Below, in pieces: positions 13,862-27,480 of a stretch of 64,000 nucleotides of DNA (position 1 is the first letter of the stretch; each line of letters begins with the position of its first letter). The DNA is taken from the NCBI RefSeq assembly GCF_009914755.1, contig NC_060927.1, one strand, 5' to 3'. The translations under genes and the position numbers were made by a program. The notes under the pieces were generated by a model. It made no database searches. It was not told where the DNA came from and saw only the letters and a program-made list of their open reading frames with translations. This DNA is from the human T2T-CHM13v2.0 reference genome, Homo sapiens.

Positions 13862-15322
13862 TCATATCTTGAAAAGATCAGGACTTTTGTGGCACAATGA
13901 CTGCCACATAGTGGATGCTCAATAAGTAAACTAATTTAGGAAACTTAAGAGGAGTCAGCACAGATATGTTTGATAATCCTTGAAAGGAACAACTACCTAA
14001 GGGATGATTTAAACAGAAAAGTCCCCTTACCTCTGAAGTGAGAGAGGAGGAACCACAGGTAGGCAATGAAAGAGCTAGAGAGCTCTAGTCAATGAGAGAA
14101 CTAGGAAGTAGGCAGAGATATAGGAGAAAGAAGAGTGAGGAGAGCCCAAGAATAAGAGCATTTTAAAAGAGAGAAAACAGCCAGCAGCAAAAGAGCAGAG
14201 AATTCATGGGAAGGTAAAGACATTGGCAAATTATAATTAGCAGCTTTTGATTTTGTCAGTTTCATGATGATAAATGCAAAATTTCAGGAGGTGACAGAGC
14301 ATATACGATGTGAGTAAAGTGGAGCACTAGATAAAACAACAACAACAAACACGTGTATTAAATAAATGGAAATGGAGAAACAAAAGACTAGGTAGAAGTC
14401 GTGGTGAGCTACAAGGAAAGTCATCTCTCTATGTGAAAGAACTTTTATGTACATGAAATTACATAATTCAGAGGAAGGAACTGGAGATGCCAGAGGATTT
14501 GTCGCATAAAGTTGTAAAGGAGGTGAAATAGGAACGAAGTAACAAATTAGATGGAAGAGAGAGACGAGAGAAAACAGACATTTCCATGAGATGATTAACA
14601 AACACAACAAAAAACTGGCCTGGGGGATAAGTGTATAAAAAAAAAGAATAACTACTGAATAACTAAAGTATGAGAAAACGAATGGTTTTATCAATCCCTC
14701 TGTCAAGTATGGTCAGATTATTTTTGTTTGGGAAAGAAAGCAAATGGCAAGGCACTTAGTTTTTGAACTAAGTCATCAGAGAATAATGGGAAGTGAGCAC
14801 AAGAAACAGAAATAGGGGAAAGCAGAACTGGAAAGAGGAGGAAAAAATAAGAAAAGGGAAAAGACCAAGATTTTGTAGCATAAAAAGACTGCATATATTT
14901 AATATTTTAAAAACATGATATAGTTTTAATCTATAAAATTACAACAGCTACTTATGTATATATACTTTTCTATCAAATTTGTGTTTCAACCACTCTATAG
15001 AAAAGCACATGAAGGACAAATTAAAAGCATTACTTTAACTGAAAGAAAAATAGACTTTGCAACTCATTACAAAGACAAAACATAAATAAAAAATACAAAG
15101 TGATTCAAAAACACAGTTTTCATAATAGACTCATAAGAATCCATTATGGACTATTAACCAAAGACTAAACTTTGGCAAGAGAATGGTCAAAAGAGGGCAA
15201 CTAACTTTCACATAGTGCATCTCTATGATTGAAAGCAAATGGATGAAACAAAAAAGCATGAGATACTTTTTGTGAAAGTGGCAAGAATTTTGCAGTTGTG
15301 AACACCAATCAAAACTGTCTCA

Positions 15323-15368
15323 TTTTTATTTTATTTTATTTTATTTTATTTTATTTTATTTTATTTTA
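15323..15368. repeat. (ATTTT)n pentanucleotide repeat
   Basis: About 9 perfect units. Confidence 0.95.
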
Positions 15369-18300
15369 TAGAGCCAAAAGTCTGTCCTGGGAATCCTAAT
15401 ATGTTTCATGCATAGCTGGAAGTGTCTTTTCAACACTGTCTCACACATCCATAAAAAATCACATGGCTTCCTGTTCTACTTGCCAGCACCCACAATTATA
15501 TTTTCATATGTCTGTGAGCCCTTAGATGTCAGAGACGGACACAGCCTCCATTCACTGAAGTCATATCACCTACAACAAGGCAAGTAGCACATGATAGTAA
15601 AGTTACGGCACATCAGGTTATGAACTTTAAGGATCTAGACTACTCCATCAGCAAGCATTTTCAACTATGAAACGCAGTCCATCACAATATTTTCAATAAA
15701 ATTTCTGCAAAATTAGATGATAACAAGACCATGATATTTTAAATTGAATGAATTTGAAGATAGTTAAGAATTAGACTCCAAGTGGAATACTTTATGTCAC
15801 AAGCTATGAACACTACTGTTTAATGTACACTCATGCTCCATCTGCTTCTTTTTCCATTACTCGAATCTCCTAACCAGTTTCTCATGCACACGTTTCAGCT
15901 CCATGCTGTGTTTTCTATTTATTGAATACATTTCTCACTTTAACATTTTTCCACCTGAGCTGGCAGTGGTGGCTTTTATGGCTGTACACATGCAGGTCTC
16001 CCTAGATTATGAACTTCATATTTTTTCATTTGCCTCATGCTTCAGTTCTCTAGCTTAGTAGGCCTTAAAATGTGCAAATTGAGAAGTGTTTTGAGGCAGC
16101 CATTGCTATTCTAGGCCATCGACTTGTCATCAATTAGATTAAAACATTGGTTTACAAAAATAATGTTTTATCTTTACTTCATAAAAAATAAAACAGTTGC
16201 AAAAGGGAACCCAGCTGTGCTAAGAAGCAAATTACTTTATGTGGGCAAGCAAACATCTTCTGGTCAGGACTGAAATGTATTATTCAAGTCCATTTTACTA
16301 CATCAGTTTTAAAGTAATGTGAATGTTATGTGTTGTTTCTAAGTAAAATAACGGGGTAGGGGAAGTTCGAAGAGTTTACTTGTTTTTGTTTCTTTTCTTT
16401 TTTCTCCAAGCATGCAGAAATTCATTTGGGTTCTTAAAAAGCATGTTATCTGAAGTTCCATAGGTAACAATACACACCCTGAATAATAACTAAAGTACTT
16501 ATTTTCACAGTATCTTTAAATTCTGTATGAAAATGTTTGTAAGTAAATGAGTAAGAACCCAATCCACAATCCTGAGTTATGAAACATTGCAAAGTAGCCA
16601 AATATCCAAAAATTGTTCACTTTGATATATGTATTGATTTTAAAAAGAAGGAAGAAGGCAAGAGAGAAGAAATCACCAATATATTATTTTACTTATCAGT
16701 GAAATCAAAGGACTTTACATATTTAGATTCCAAAACAACCTATTGTGATAATTTCTTACCTAGAAAGGTTTCTATGAGCAGGTATTTTTATGTATCAAAA
16801 TCCAAAGGGACAAAGATCATATTCTATTTCCATGAACAGGTGATTTCTTCTATTTTTCTCAGCATTATATGAATTTCCTTCTAATTATTGGTTGTTAGTA
16901 CAATGACTAATTAAAAACATGTTTTTCTATCACAATCATTTTAATGCAAATGTGGGAGAGAATATTATCAAAAAGGCAGAAATGACAGAGCTAGTTGCCT
17001 CAGTGCAAAAGTAGCATTTATATTTCCTACTGGCAGATGCATTTGCCAAGAAATGTCTAATGTAATAAATTTAGAAACTTTAACCAGCATGGCAGATTTG
17101 TCCATTTTTGCTGTCAAACATTCACACTGGCACTTAACCCAAGCAGAAAGAGGCACATGACAAAGCTTATGATGAAAGATTCCAAAATCATTAATGCTTG
17201 TCAAATAAGATCTTTTACTGGCTCATGGAATGAACATACATACATATGTATTATATAGCTGATGGAATCAATATCACTATGTGATGAAAAGTCATCTTAG
17301 TATCTTGATTTCTAAAAGCAGGAAAGGGTAATCCTAGTATAGTTCGATTTTGCTGCTAAATATATTCCAGAAAGTTAAGTAAGGCATAAAATAGACAGGA
17401 ATCAGCCCAATGCAGTCTAACCCTATCAAACATAGGTCAGTGCCATCATAGCAGCCAACAGAAATTTTTTCCAGAGGACCTGGTGAACAAGCTGGACACA
17501 CAGAAAGCCTAGAATTGAGACAGAATTACACTGGCATTGTATAAATAATCTAACTGTGACCTATGGGGTTAAAACCTATAATTGGAGTGATACTTCAAAG
17601 CAATGACTACTTTTTCAATGCTATTTTGTGCAACCAGATAGGAAGCTGACTTCTTGGGGTTTTATTGGCCAGGAAAAGTACTGCAAAAGTGATATTTTCA
17701 ACAGCTGCTGCTGCATTTGTGCTCTGACAAATTAGGGGCTAAATCAAAGCATTAAAGAACATCAAAGGCTTAATTTAATGCAAAAACAAGTACTCCAACT
17801 GGATCTACTTTACAGTGAATTAATAATGCAGATTTACACAGAATGTAGATGCTTTGTTTTATTAATGTTTAGAATTTTTGTTTGCAAAATATAAGATCCA
17901 TAAGATTTCTTTTTTAACTATACAAAAAAGAGAAATAATAATTTGATGTGTTGAGTAAATTCTAGAAGTTTACCAAGTGATTGGCTATTTAAATTGAAAT
18001 ATGCATTGATTACTAAAACTAAGTATATATTGCCATGATTTAGTGACAGAATATATACACAATTGAACCACTGGGCTCAACTACAGTCTTATGCAATAAT
18101 TTCCCTGGATGTCAAAAACTTATTCCTTATCTATGATGTTTATATAAGCAATATATACATACATGTACATACGCAACCCAAGCTGTATTGAGGATTCATG
18201 CATATTAAGTATACTTGTCTAACTTTCTTTTTACCAGCAGTTCTTTTCAAAGATGAAAAACATCTTGTGAGACATTTCATAGAAATTAAAACACAAATAA

Positions 18301-21300
18301 AATGCAGCTTTACAAATGCTACTCAGTGTTGATACGAACAAAAACAGATAACTCTAAGAACTGAAGATGTTGATTTTTTGTAACTCCATGGAAATATTCA
18401 CCAATGTAAACTGTTCTTTCTACCTAGACTGGAACTTAACCTAAGTTTTAAAATAGATATTAGGGCATTTGGAAACTCATCCAAATGTGTTGGGCTATAT
18501 TTATTGTATTTTTTTTCACTAAATTCTAAATATCATCTTAATCCAGGACTGCCCTATATCCCCAAGCATTATTTCAAAATATACAAATTCAAAAAGAAAT
18601 GAGGCAGGCAGGTTTTTTCAGAAAATATCCCCATATTGTTACAAGACTGGCATAGAATTCCTTGTAGAAACAACAAATTCCAGATTTTCTCCTATGTTGG
18701 CATATTTGGTCATTTATGCAATTAATATTTAATACTGCCATGTTTCATTCAGTCCTTTAACAATATTTAAGATTATGCTTATTTAAAACCTTACTTTTTT
18801 CAAAAAAATGTTGATCACTAAATATATCATCTAAATTAATATTAATTTCTTACTTAGTCCAATGGGGCAGGGCATTAGAAGTAATTAGTGCTCATTTTTC
18901 CTTCAGGAAGAGAACAGATTCTGCCAACCCACTCTGCTGAAAACTACAAAAAAAATCTGAGCTCTGATGTAAACAGAATGCTCAGTTTGAAAATAGTGAA
19001 TTTGTAGCTATTACATATTACAATAAACACCCCTTCCTCATTAATTTTACTGAAGTCTCCAGATGGGAAACAAAATATTAATTTTGTTCAAGCCCTAGGC
19101 ATTGTTGACTGTTAAGGTACTCACTAAATCACTGATCTTATTCACATTAATATTAGATTTCTGCTATAAAAATTTAGGACCCTTGGGTATGGGGTTTAGT
19201 TTGTCATAAGTATAATTAATTGTTTTTAAAAATGATTAATTCATCAAAATAGCAAAAAAAAATATTGAGCAGACAAGGCTCCTGAGCAAGCTAGCCTACC
19301 TTAAAGTCATGGTAATACTCATGAAATTATGCAAATTAATTGACTCTTCCAATGTTGCATAAAATGCTACTACTAGTACAATGCATGGAACATTAGGCTG
19401 TTCATCCAGCAAAAAAAAGGGGGGAGAAAAGTTGCATTTCAGAGGCTGGAATCTTCACAAGCAACGCCTCATGGTTGAGGATACTCACAACTACAATCTA
19501 TTTTTCTACAAAGCAATTAGCTTTCAACCATTGCACACAGAACTTCTACTGTTTATTACAATTTTTTCCCCAAGCAACTGTCCAGAAAAATTCAGATATG
19601 TCTTGTGGGTTTTCCCTCCCCCTAATACAAAGAAAAGGAAGAGATTTTTATTATTCAAACGTCGTAAAGAAAAAGTGATACATGTTCTAAAATTATTCAG
19701 AAATACCAGTTTTTACTGATAAAGGCTCATTTAAGGGCCCCAGAAAACATGATAACATATTGAAATTCTCAATGATTAACTTCATGGTGTCAATTCAGTT
19801 TACTTACTAAGACAGTAAGAATCAGTGTCAACAGCAAAATTAAAAGCAATGGCTTCAGAATAATTATCCTGTCCAAAAGTAAACTTAGAAGTCAATTTTA
19901 AAGACTAGAGGAAGAATAGCAAATTTAGAACATCATGTATTACTGAATTTCTTAATATCATAAATGCATTCTTATTTTAAATGATCTCTAGCAAATGAGT
20001 GGTGTAATTCAGACATATTCAACAGTTAAAATTTTTAAATTAACGAAATTGTCCTATGAAGTTATCAGACTCACTTTAAGGAAATAACAGAATCTCCCAT
20101 GTAAGATTTAGATCTGAATCAAAAAAGACTATATCCCCTGGTTTCTAACTGTGCTCTCCATTAGACAAATGAACTCATGTAATCAATTATTATGGTTTGT
20201 GGCAATAATTCCAGCCTTTGTCTAACAGACATGTATTAATTTTCAACTCTCCTCCATCAATAATATTACATTAACAAAGCACTGCTCTTACAATAAAATA
20301 TCTTTTTCTCAAAGCTCTATTTCTTTAACTATTCTCATTTTTATAACCGTTTAAAACTACTTGATTATAAAATTAGAATAATTAATTTTTACATTATCAT
20401 TTTATCTTAATTTTAAATTAATTACATTACTTTTATTGTCAGAAGTTCATGCTTTGGTATAATTCTAGTGATATGCTTCTGAAGACCACATATTTGACTT
20501 ACATTTAATGAGAAAATAAAGACATAATAGAGAGGGTGCTTCCAATAGCAACTAATCCTCTTCTTAAGACAATATGTAAACCTAGTTTAAAGACTTCTCA
20601 ATGGTATAGACAAGAGTTTTCACAAATTTTTTTTAATCACAGATTTTAAAATGTGTTCTAAATGAACACAATTTTTAGGGGGGCTTGGCATTCCATGATA
20701 CTATGGTAATTATCAGTACTTAAGTCATTTATTTACTTTTAAATGTGTATTAATCAGGCAGTGTTTCTAACCTTACCCTGTTCACGGTAAGGTTGTGTTG
20801 TAGAGGTTTCTAAAGAACTCTTGCAAGTAGATACTCCAGCAAAAAAAGTCAAAGTTCCCCACATTACTTTCCTATCTATACAAAAAAAAAATCAATATAT
20901 TGAAAGTATAACCTGTGTTATCATTTTACTTTTTCCTATATTCATAATATGAAGCTTTGTAAAGCTAGAAAATCAGGACAACATAAACATGCAAACACAC
21001 TCATTTCTCAAAAATATTACTATAGAAAGTATCTAACGACCAACATTGTGCTCAATGAGTACACTGGTTTGTGAAAATCAGAAAGTAATTAAAAGAAACA
21101 CCCTTACTTCAAGTAATGATGACCTACCTATTGATGTAATTACACATTTCTGTCACCCAAGTATGTATTAATTTATGCACATTTATAACTATAGCCAGTA
21201 CATCTTTTTACATAGTTCAACAATCCTCAGCTAGGAGCCTTGAGCTTATTGGCCCAATTAGGCAAACACTGGGTGGAAGCTGCTGCAGCTACTTTCATTA

Positions 21301-21899
21301 CTATCCAGAGTTCATTGTGTGGATTCCAATTTTAATGTGCAGTTAAAAAATGGCTTAAGCTAATATATGCAAACAGGTGGCATGTTTTGCAATGTCCAAA
21401 TATTACCCTCATCATCCCTTAGATGAGCCTTAATGAGCCTTTCTGCTCATTAAGAATCCCCAGGTCAGATTATTTCAAACTCTCATTAAGAACCCATCTT
21501 TCACATGTATACAAATAACCGTTAAAACTACGTGCCAAAGTTACCACAAAATGTCATGATTTCTCATATATACCATCTCCTCTAATTGTTTTTTCCAACA
21601 ATTGTTTCTGTACTGTGAGCAGCAATTTTGGAAATACAGCAGGTAATAAAGCTGATTATCTGTACACTTGGAGGATTCTTAGAGAAAAACTGCTTAGATG
21701 AATGATTACTATTAGGAGAAATTACCAGATGCCATGAAAGGTCTATGAAACTTGAAGTTGTAAAAATATTTTCACATTTGTTCATTCAAATAAAAGCATA
21801 AATGTCAACACACATCATAACAGTTGGCAGGACTACTCTTATTGTTTATCATGTGTTAATACTGTAATCAGGTCTACATTTGTTTGCATTTGAACTCTG

Positions 21900-22050
21900 C
21901 CACCAGCCTATGAGGTAGATATCTTTGCCTGTGTCTTACACATGAAGAAACCAAGGTGTAGAGAGAAGTCAAATATCTTGCTGTAGGGCCTCAGCCTCAC
22001 AATTTTTAAGTAGCACAGCTAGAATTTCATATCCCCTGTCTGTTTCCAAA
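21900..22050 (-). mobile_element. MIR fragment
   Basis: CCTATGAGGTAG...ATGAAGAAACCAAGG resembles the reverse MIR core. Confidence 0.55.
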
Positions 22051-22248
22051 ACTTGTTTCTTTATCTACTGACCTTTACTACTACCTCTGTCATTTTCACC
22101 AAGAAGCCTTGCTGGCCACCATTCCACATCCCAAATCAGTATAACTTCCCTGACCCTAGGCATTACTGTAGCACCTTACCAGTGACTTCATGTTCCTTGA
22201 AGGCAGGAAATTGGTTCTGCTTTTGTTTTTTGTAACACTGGCTCCTAC

Positions 22249-23459
22249 TGTGTCCGGAATTGTGGGTTCTTGGTCTCACTGACTTCAAGAATGAAGCTGC
22301 GGACGCTCGCGGTGAGTGTTACAGTTCTTAAAGGCGGCGTGTCCGGAGTTGTTCGTTCCTCCCGGAGGGTTCGTGGTCTCGCTGGCTTCAGGAGTGAAAC
22401 TGCAAACCTTCGCGGTGAGTGTTACAGCTCATAAGGGCACTGGGGACCCAAAGAGTGAGCAGCAGCAAGATTTATTGCAAACAGAGAAAGAACAAAGCTC
22501 CCACAGCGTGGGAAGGGACCGGAGCAGTTTGCCACTGCTGGCTCGGGCAGCCTGCTTTTATTCTCTTATCTGGCCCTGCCCACATCCTGCTGATTGGTAG
22601 AGCCGAGTGGTCTGTTTTAACGGGGTGCTGATTGGTGCGTTTACAATCCCTGAGCTAGACACAAAAGTTCTCCATGTCCCCCCTAGATTAACTAGATACA
22701 GAGTGTGGACACAAAGGTTCTCCAAGTCCCCACCAGAGTAGAGTAGCTAGATAGAGAGTGTCAATTGGTGCATTCACAAACCCTGAGCTAGACACACGGT
22801 GCTGATTGATGTATTTACAATCCCTTAGCTAGACATAAAGGTTCTCCAAGTCCCCACCAGACTCTGGAGCACAGCTGGCTTCACCCAGTGGATCCTGCAC
22901 CGGGGCTGCAGGTGGAGCTGCCTGCCAGACCCGCGCTGTGTGTGCGCCTGCACTCCTCAGCCCTTGGGTGGTCGATGGGACTGGGCGCCGTGGAGCAGGG
23001 GGCGGCGCTCGTCAGGGAGGCTCGCGCCGCACAGGAGCCCATGGAGGTGTAGGGAGGCTCAGGCATGGCAGGCTGCAGGTCCCGAGCCCTGCCCCGCGGG
23101 AAGGCAGCCAATGCCCGGCGAGAAATTGAGCACAGCAGCTGCTGGCCCAGGTGCTAAGCCTCTCACTGCCCGGGGCCCGTGGGGCCGGCCGGCCGCTCCG
23201 AGTGCGGGGTCCGCCGAGCCCACGCCCACCCGGAACTCGCAAGCACCGCGCAGCCCCGGTTCCCGTCCACGCCTCTCCCTCCACACCTCCCCGCAAGCTG
23301 AGGGACCCGGCTCCGACCTTGGCCAGCCCAGAAAGGGGCTCCCACAGTGCAGCGGCGGGCTGAAGTTCTCTCAAGTGCCTCCAAAGTGGGAGCCCAGGCA
23401 GAGGAGGCGCGGAGAGCGAGCGAGGGCTGTGAGGACTGCCAGCACGCTGTCACCTCTCA
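22249..23459 (-). mobile_element. Solo LTR12C-type (ERV9/HERV9) LTR, inserted in an L2 3' end
   Basis: Minus strand begins TGAGAGGTGACAGCGTGCTGGCAG and ends CCGGACACA; GC/CpG-rich U3; tandem CTGATTGG/GCTAGA subrepeats; no internal ERV sequence. Confidence 0.95.
22520..22830 (-). promoter_or_regulatory. LTR12 core promoter: CCAAT (NF-Y) boxes and TATA-like ATAAAA, firing toward lower coordinates
   Basis: CTGATTGG at ~22590 and ~22628, CAATTGG at ~22762, GCTTTTAT at ~22554; known LTR12/ERV9 promoter architecture. Confidence 0.6.
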
Positions 23460-24010
23460 TACCAGAGCATCTGGCATACAGTAAGTGCTCATAAAACATT
23501 AGAAAGAAAAGGATCTATAATAGAGGCCAGAATCAAATATTTGTCATTTTCAATATTAATATTCATTCTTTACAGCTCAAAAATATAGCCCAGAACATTT
23601 CTTTTATATTAAAAAGAAACGTAGCAACCTATCTTATCAGTTTTCATGAGCCACCAGAAATGTAAAGCCTTCCTGCCTCTTAAGAATCCCAGAACCTGGG
23701 AATGTTATATAGGTTTACCCAAACTAAGACAATTGACAGGTTCCACTTCCATAAAACTCTTCAAGGAAAGACAGTAGGAATCTGTCGATTCTGCCCTGGA
23801 CGCTCTGGCACTAGAAAGTCCAAGTTTGTTTCAGAAGCAGCAACGTGTTATGGATTAACAATTCACATAAAAAAAAAAAAAGACCAAAAGCAACACATAC
23901 TCAAAAACTTCATTTGCATTACAAATAGGTAACCTGCCATGGTATTTTGCTACCCCACTGACACGTTGCCAGGGAACAACAGAAAAATAAAAACCAGTGT
24001 GTCTACTCAC

Positions 24011-24183
24011 AGGTGAAGAGCAGAGCTTGAATAAAGTGAAGCTGCTATTCAATCTGTTACTCAGTTCGCCACATAAACATACACGCACTCTCCTCCCCAG
24101 CCAGGAAGAGGAAGATGACAGGGGCTGCCACTTCCTTCTACTGGAGGTCCCCAGCATGGAGGGACCCTGAGGTTCTGCACATG
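24011..24183 (-). other. Candidate 173-nt internal exon of a minus-strand transcript (lncRNA, UTR or short ORF)
   Basis: Acceptor CTTCATCCTTTTTCAACATTCTTTTCAG|CATG; donor ACCT|GTGAGT; higher GC than flanks; one frame open throughout. Confidence 0.5.
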
Positions 24184-26416
24184 CTGAAAAGAATGTTGAA
24201 AAAGGATGAAGTAAAGGAGGTAGTGGCATGGGAAAGAGTCACTGTAATTCTCATCCAGAGAAAAGACATTTTAAATCTAATAGCAGCACCCAAAAATAAA
24301 AGAGTGATAGTTGGTTGTAGCAACTGCCACCAGTAGATTTAGCTAGGCCAGAGAAGACTATGTCGAAGTGCCAAAGCAAACTCATTTAAGAAAACTCATT
24401 CAACAAACATGTATCAAATGTGCTATAATCTGGGTTACTTTTAAAGTCCATTGTTACGACTCGTGGCAGTTTGTGTTTGCTTTTGCTTCATCCCTGAATC
24501 TATTTGTAAAGGCAGTTATCATTCTCTCTGGTTAACTAATAAATTAGTTGTGTCTGAGAGGGCGGTGACTTGTCCAGGTTTACTCACTGGGTAAGTAGGA
24601 GACTTAAGACATCCAAAACTAAATTCAAATATAAATATAACTGAAAAGCCCTCATGTTCTCTGCATTCTGCCATATCGCCACATGAAATCTCAGTCCTCT
24701 AGCCACCATTTTCTAATTTCTAAATCGGATACACCATGTAGGATTGTATTTATTCTGTCTTTACTTACATACCCTTCCCTCTCTCTCTGGTTACCACCTG
24801 AACTCTATGAGACCTCCGCCTGCCCACACCACCTTTCCTGCGCTTCTTAACCCCAGGGGAATTATCTTTGAGAGCAAAAAAATATGCTGTCCTAGACAGT
24901 GCAACGGGAGACACCCTACATGCGTATATGATCACCAACTTTTCACATCACCCACCATTTCCTCTTCAATTAGCCAAACAATGAATCAGGAGCCAGAGCA
25001 AGCCTAGATTTCACTGAGAACCAAAGTCCCTTTCTAGTTCTTCCTAAAAAAGGAAGTATTTCCCCTACTACATAAACCAGCAACACTGGCACCATATTGT
25101 TAGGAATGAAGAATCTCAGCCTTCCAGACTTACAGAATCAGTAACTTTTTTCTGTACCCTAAGTGTAGGTTATTTGTATGAACATCATAGTTTAAAAAGC
25201 AATGGTGTCTAACTCAGGACCATTAGCAAGAAAGGACCCTCTGCCTCAGAAAGAGACTTGCACCAGCGATAGCTACCAGAAGGGTAAGCTTAGGTAGTTG
25301 ACAAACCTATAAAAAGAGGAGGTGTATGGAATAATTGTTGTCCTTGGTTATTCTAATCAGATCACTGTGATACTGTGTTCTTGCTTACAAACCAGAAAAA
25401 CAAGCATTCTGGATCTGAAATGTCATCCTATGCAATGGCTTCTTGCTGTGTTAATAGGCTAGAGGATTTCTTAGCTGTTTTCAAAATCCCTGGAAAATGT
25501 TTTCTTATAGCTGCTATTTGAGAAAGACATCAAGACCCCAATAGATTTTAGAATCAGATAGGCCTTTAGGAGAATGGGGACAATCCTGTAACAACTATGC
25601 AGGGGTGACATTTTACCAAGCCAAAGAACCTTCTGAGGCCTACAGACATACAAAATTTTATCTTTTATATGATATAAAATCTTTATTAGAATAAGAAATA
25701 TGTGATTAAAATAGTTAGTAGATTTGAATGAATACTGATAGAAATGAACTCACTCCAAGTTTTTAAAGCAAACTCAAACTTACTAGACCAGAAACTACAC
25801 TGAAGAGAGATAAAATAATTTCTATTATTGTATGAAGAGCTACTAAAATGTAATTTCTATCTTGAAATTATAATTTAGTAAAACAGATCAAATGATACAT
25901 AAGGTTTGACTTTTTTACTACGTAAAGTCTGACTAGATGTTTGTTTTGGCTTTTAGTAAACAATATATTTTTCAAACATTATGTATCATATTTTTTCACA
26001 GTTAATTTTCTGGAAAAATAAAAGCTGTATATAGCTATATCTGTAATTTAAAGTGACTTCCAATTATGCCTAACACATCTTTTCCTGGATCTGTGTACAC
26101 ATTTCATGGTTAATTGGTTTTGGCTAGATACAGACATAGTAAGAATATCTTCCTATAGTAAACAATGACTTTTCAACATGCAGTTTATAAGGTCCAGATT
26201 GTCAGCAAATGAAAAAGAGGTAAACCCTATTATGACAAAACTAATTTCCACATAGGTTTGGCTAATACCATGAACAGACTTGCATTCCTTGAGTCATAAT
26301 CACTATGTATTTAGTGAAGGCTGATTCATCAGTATTCGTCTATAACAAAAGGCATAATGCTCATAACCTATCGACAGCATTAACTAAATGTTTCTTGTAC
26401 AGTAAAATACACAAGA

Positions 26417-26718
<302 letters not shown>

Positions 26719-26929
26719 TACACAAGAGGAAAACGTGATAGAGAAGGAATAAAGGAGTTAAAGAGTACATTTTCTCAGGACTTGAACTTTAGAAAGACGA
26801 AAATTTACACCAAATACAACTTATTTGGATGATACTTTTCATGACACTCTGAAAAGTGTCCATTTCTTGCAGGGAAAAAAAATGTAATTAATATCCTGAA
26901 TATGTATGTATATGAGCATAAACATAATT

Positions 26930-27480
<551 letters not shown>

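Noticed and set aside
22620-22860. Spaced direct repeats (CCCTGAGCTAGACACA...AAGGTTCTCCAAGTCCCC) superficially CRISPR-like
   Set aside because: Known tandem subrepeats of LTR12; spacers are not unique and the DNA is eukaryotic
22881-23494. Many overlapping long ORFs and CpG-island-like composition
   Set aside because: Entirely within the GC-rich LTR12 U3; not a gene promoter island or CDS
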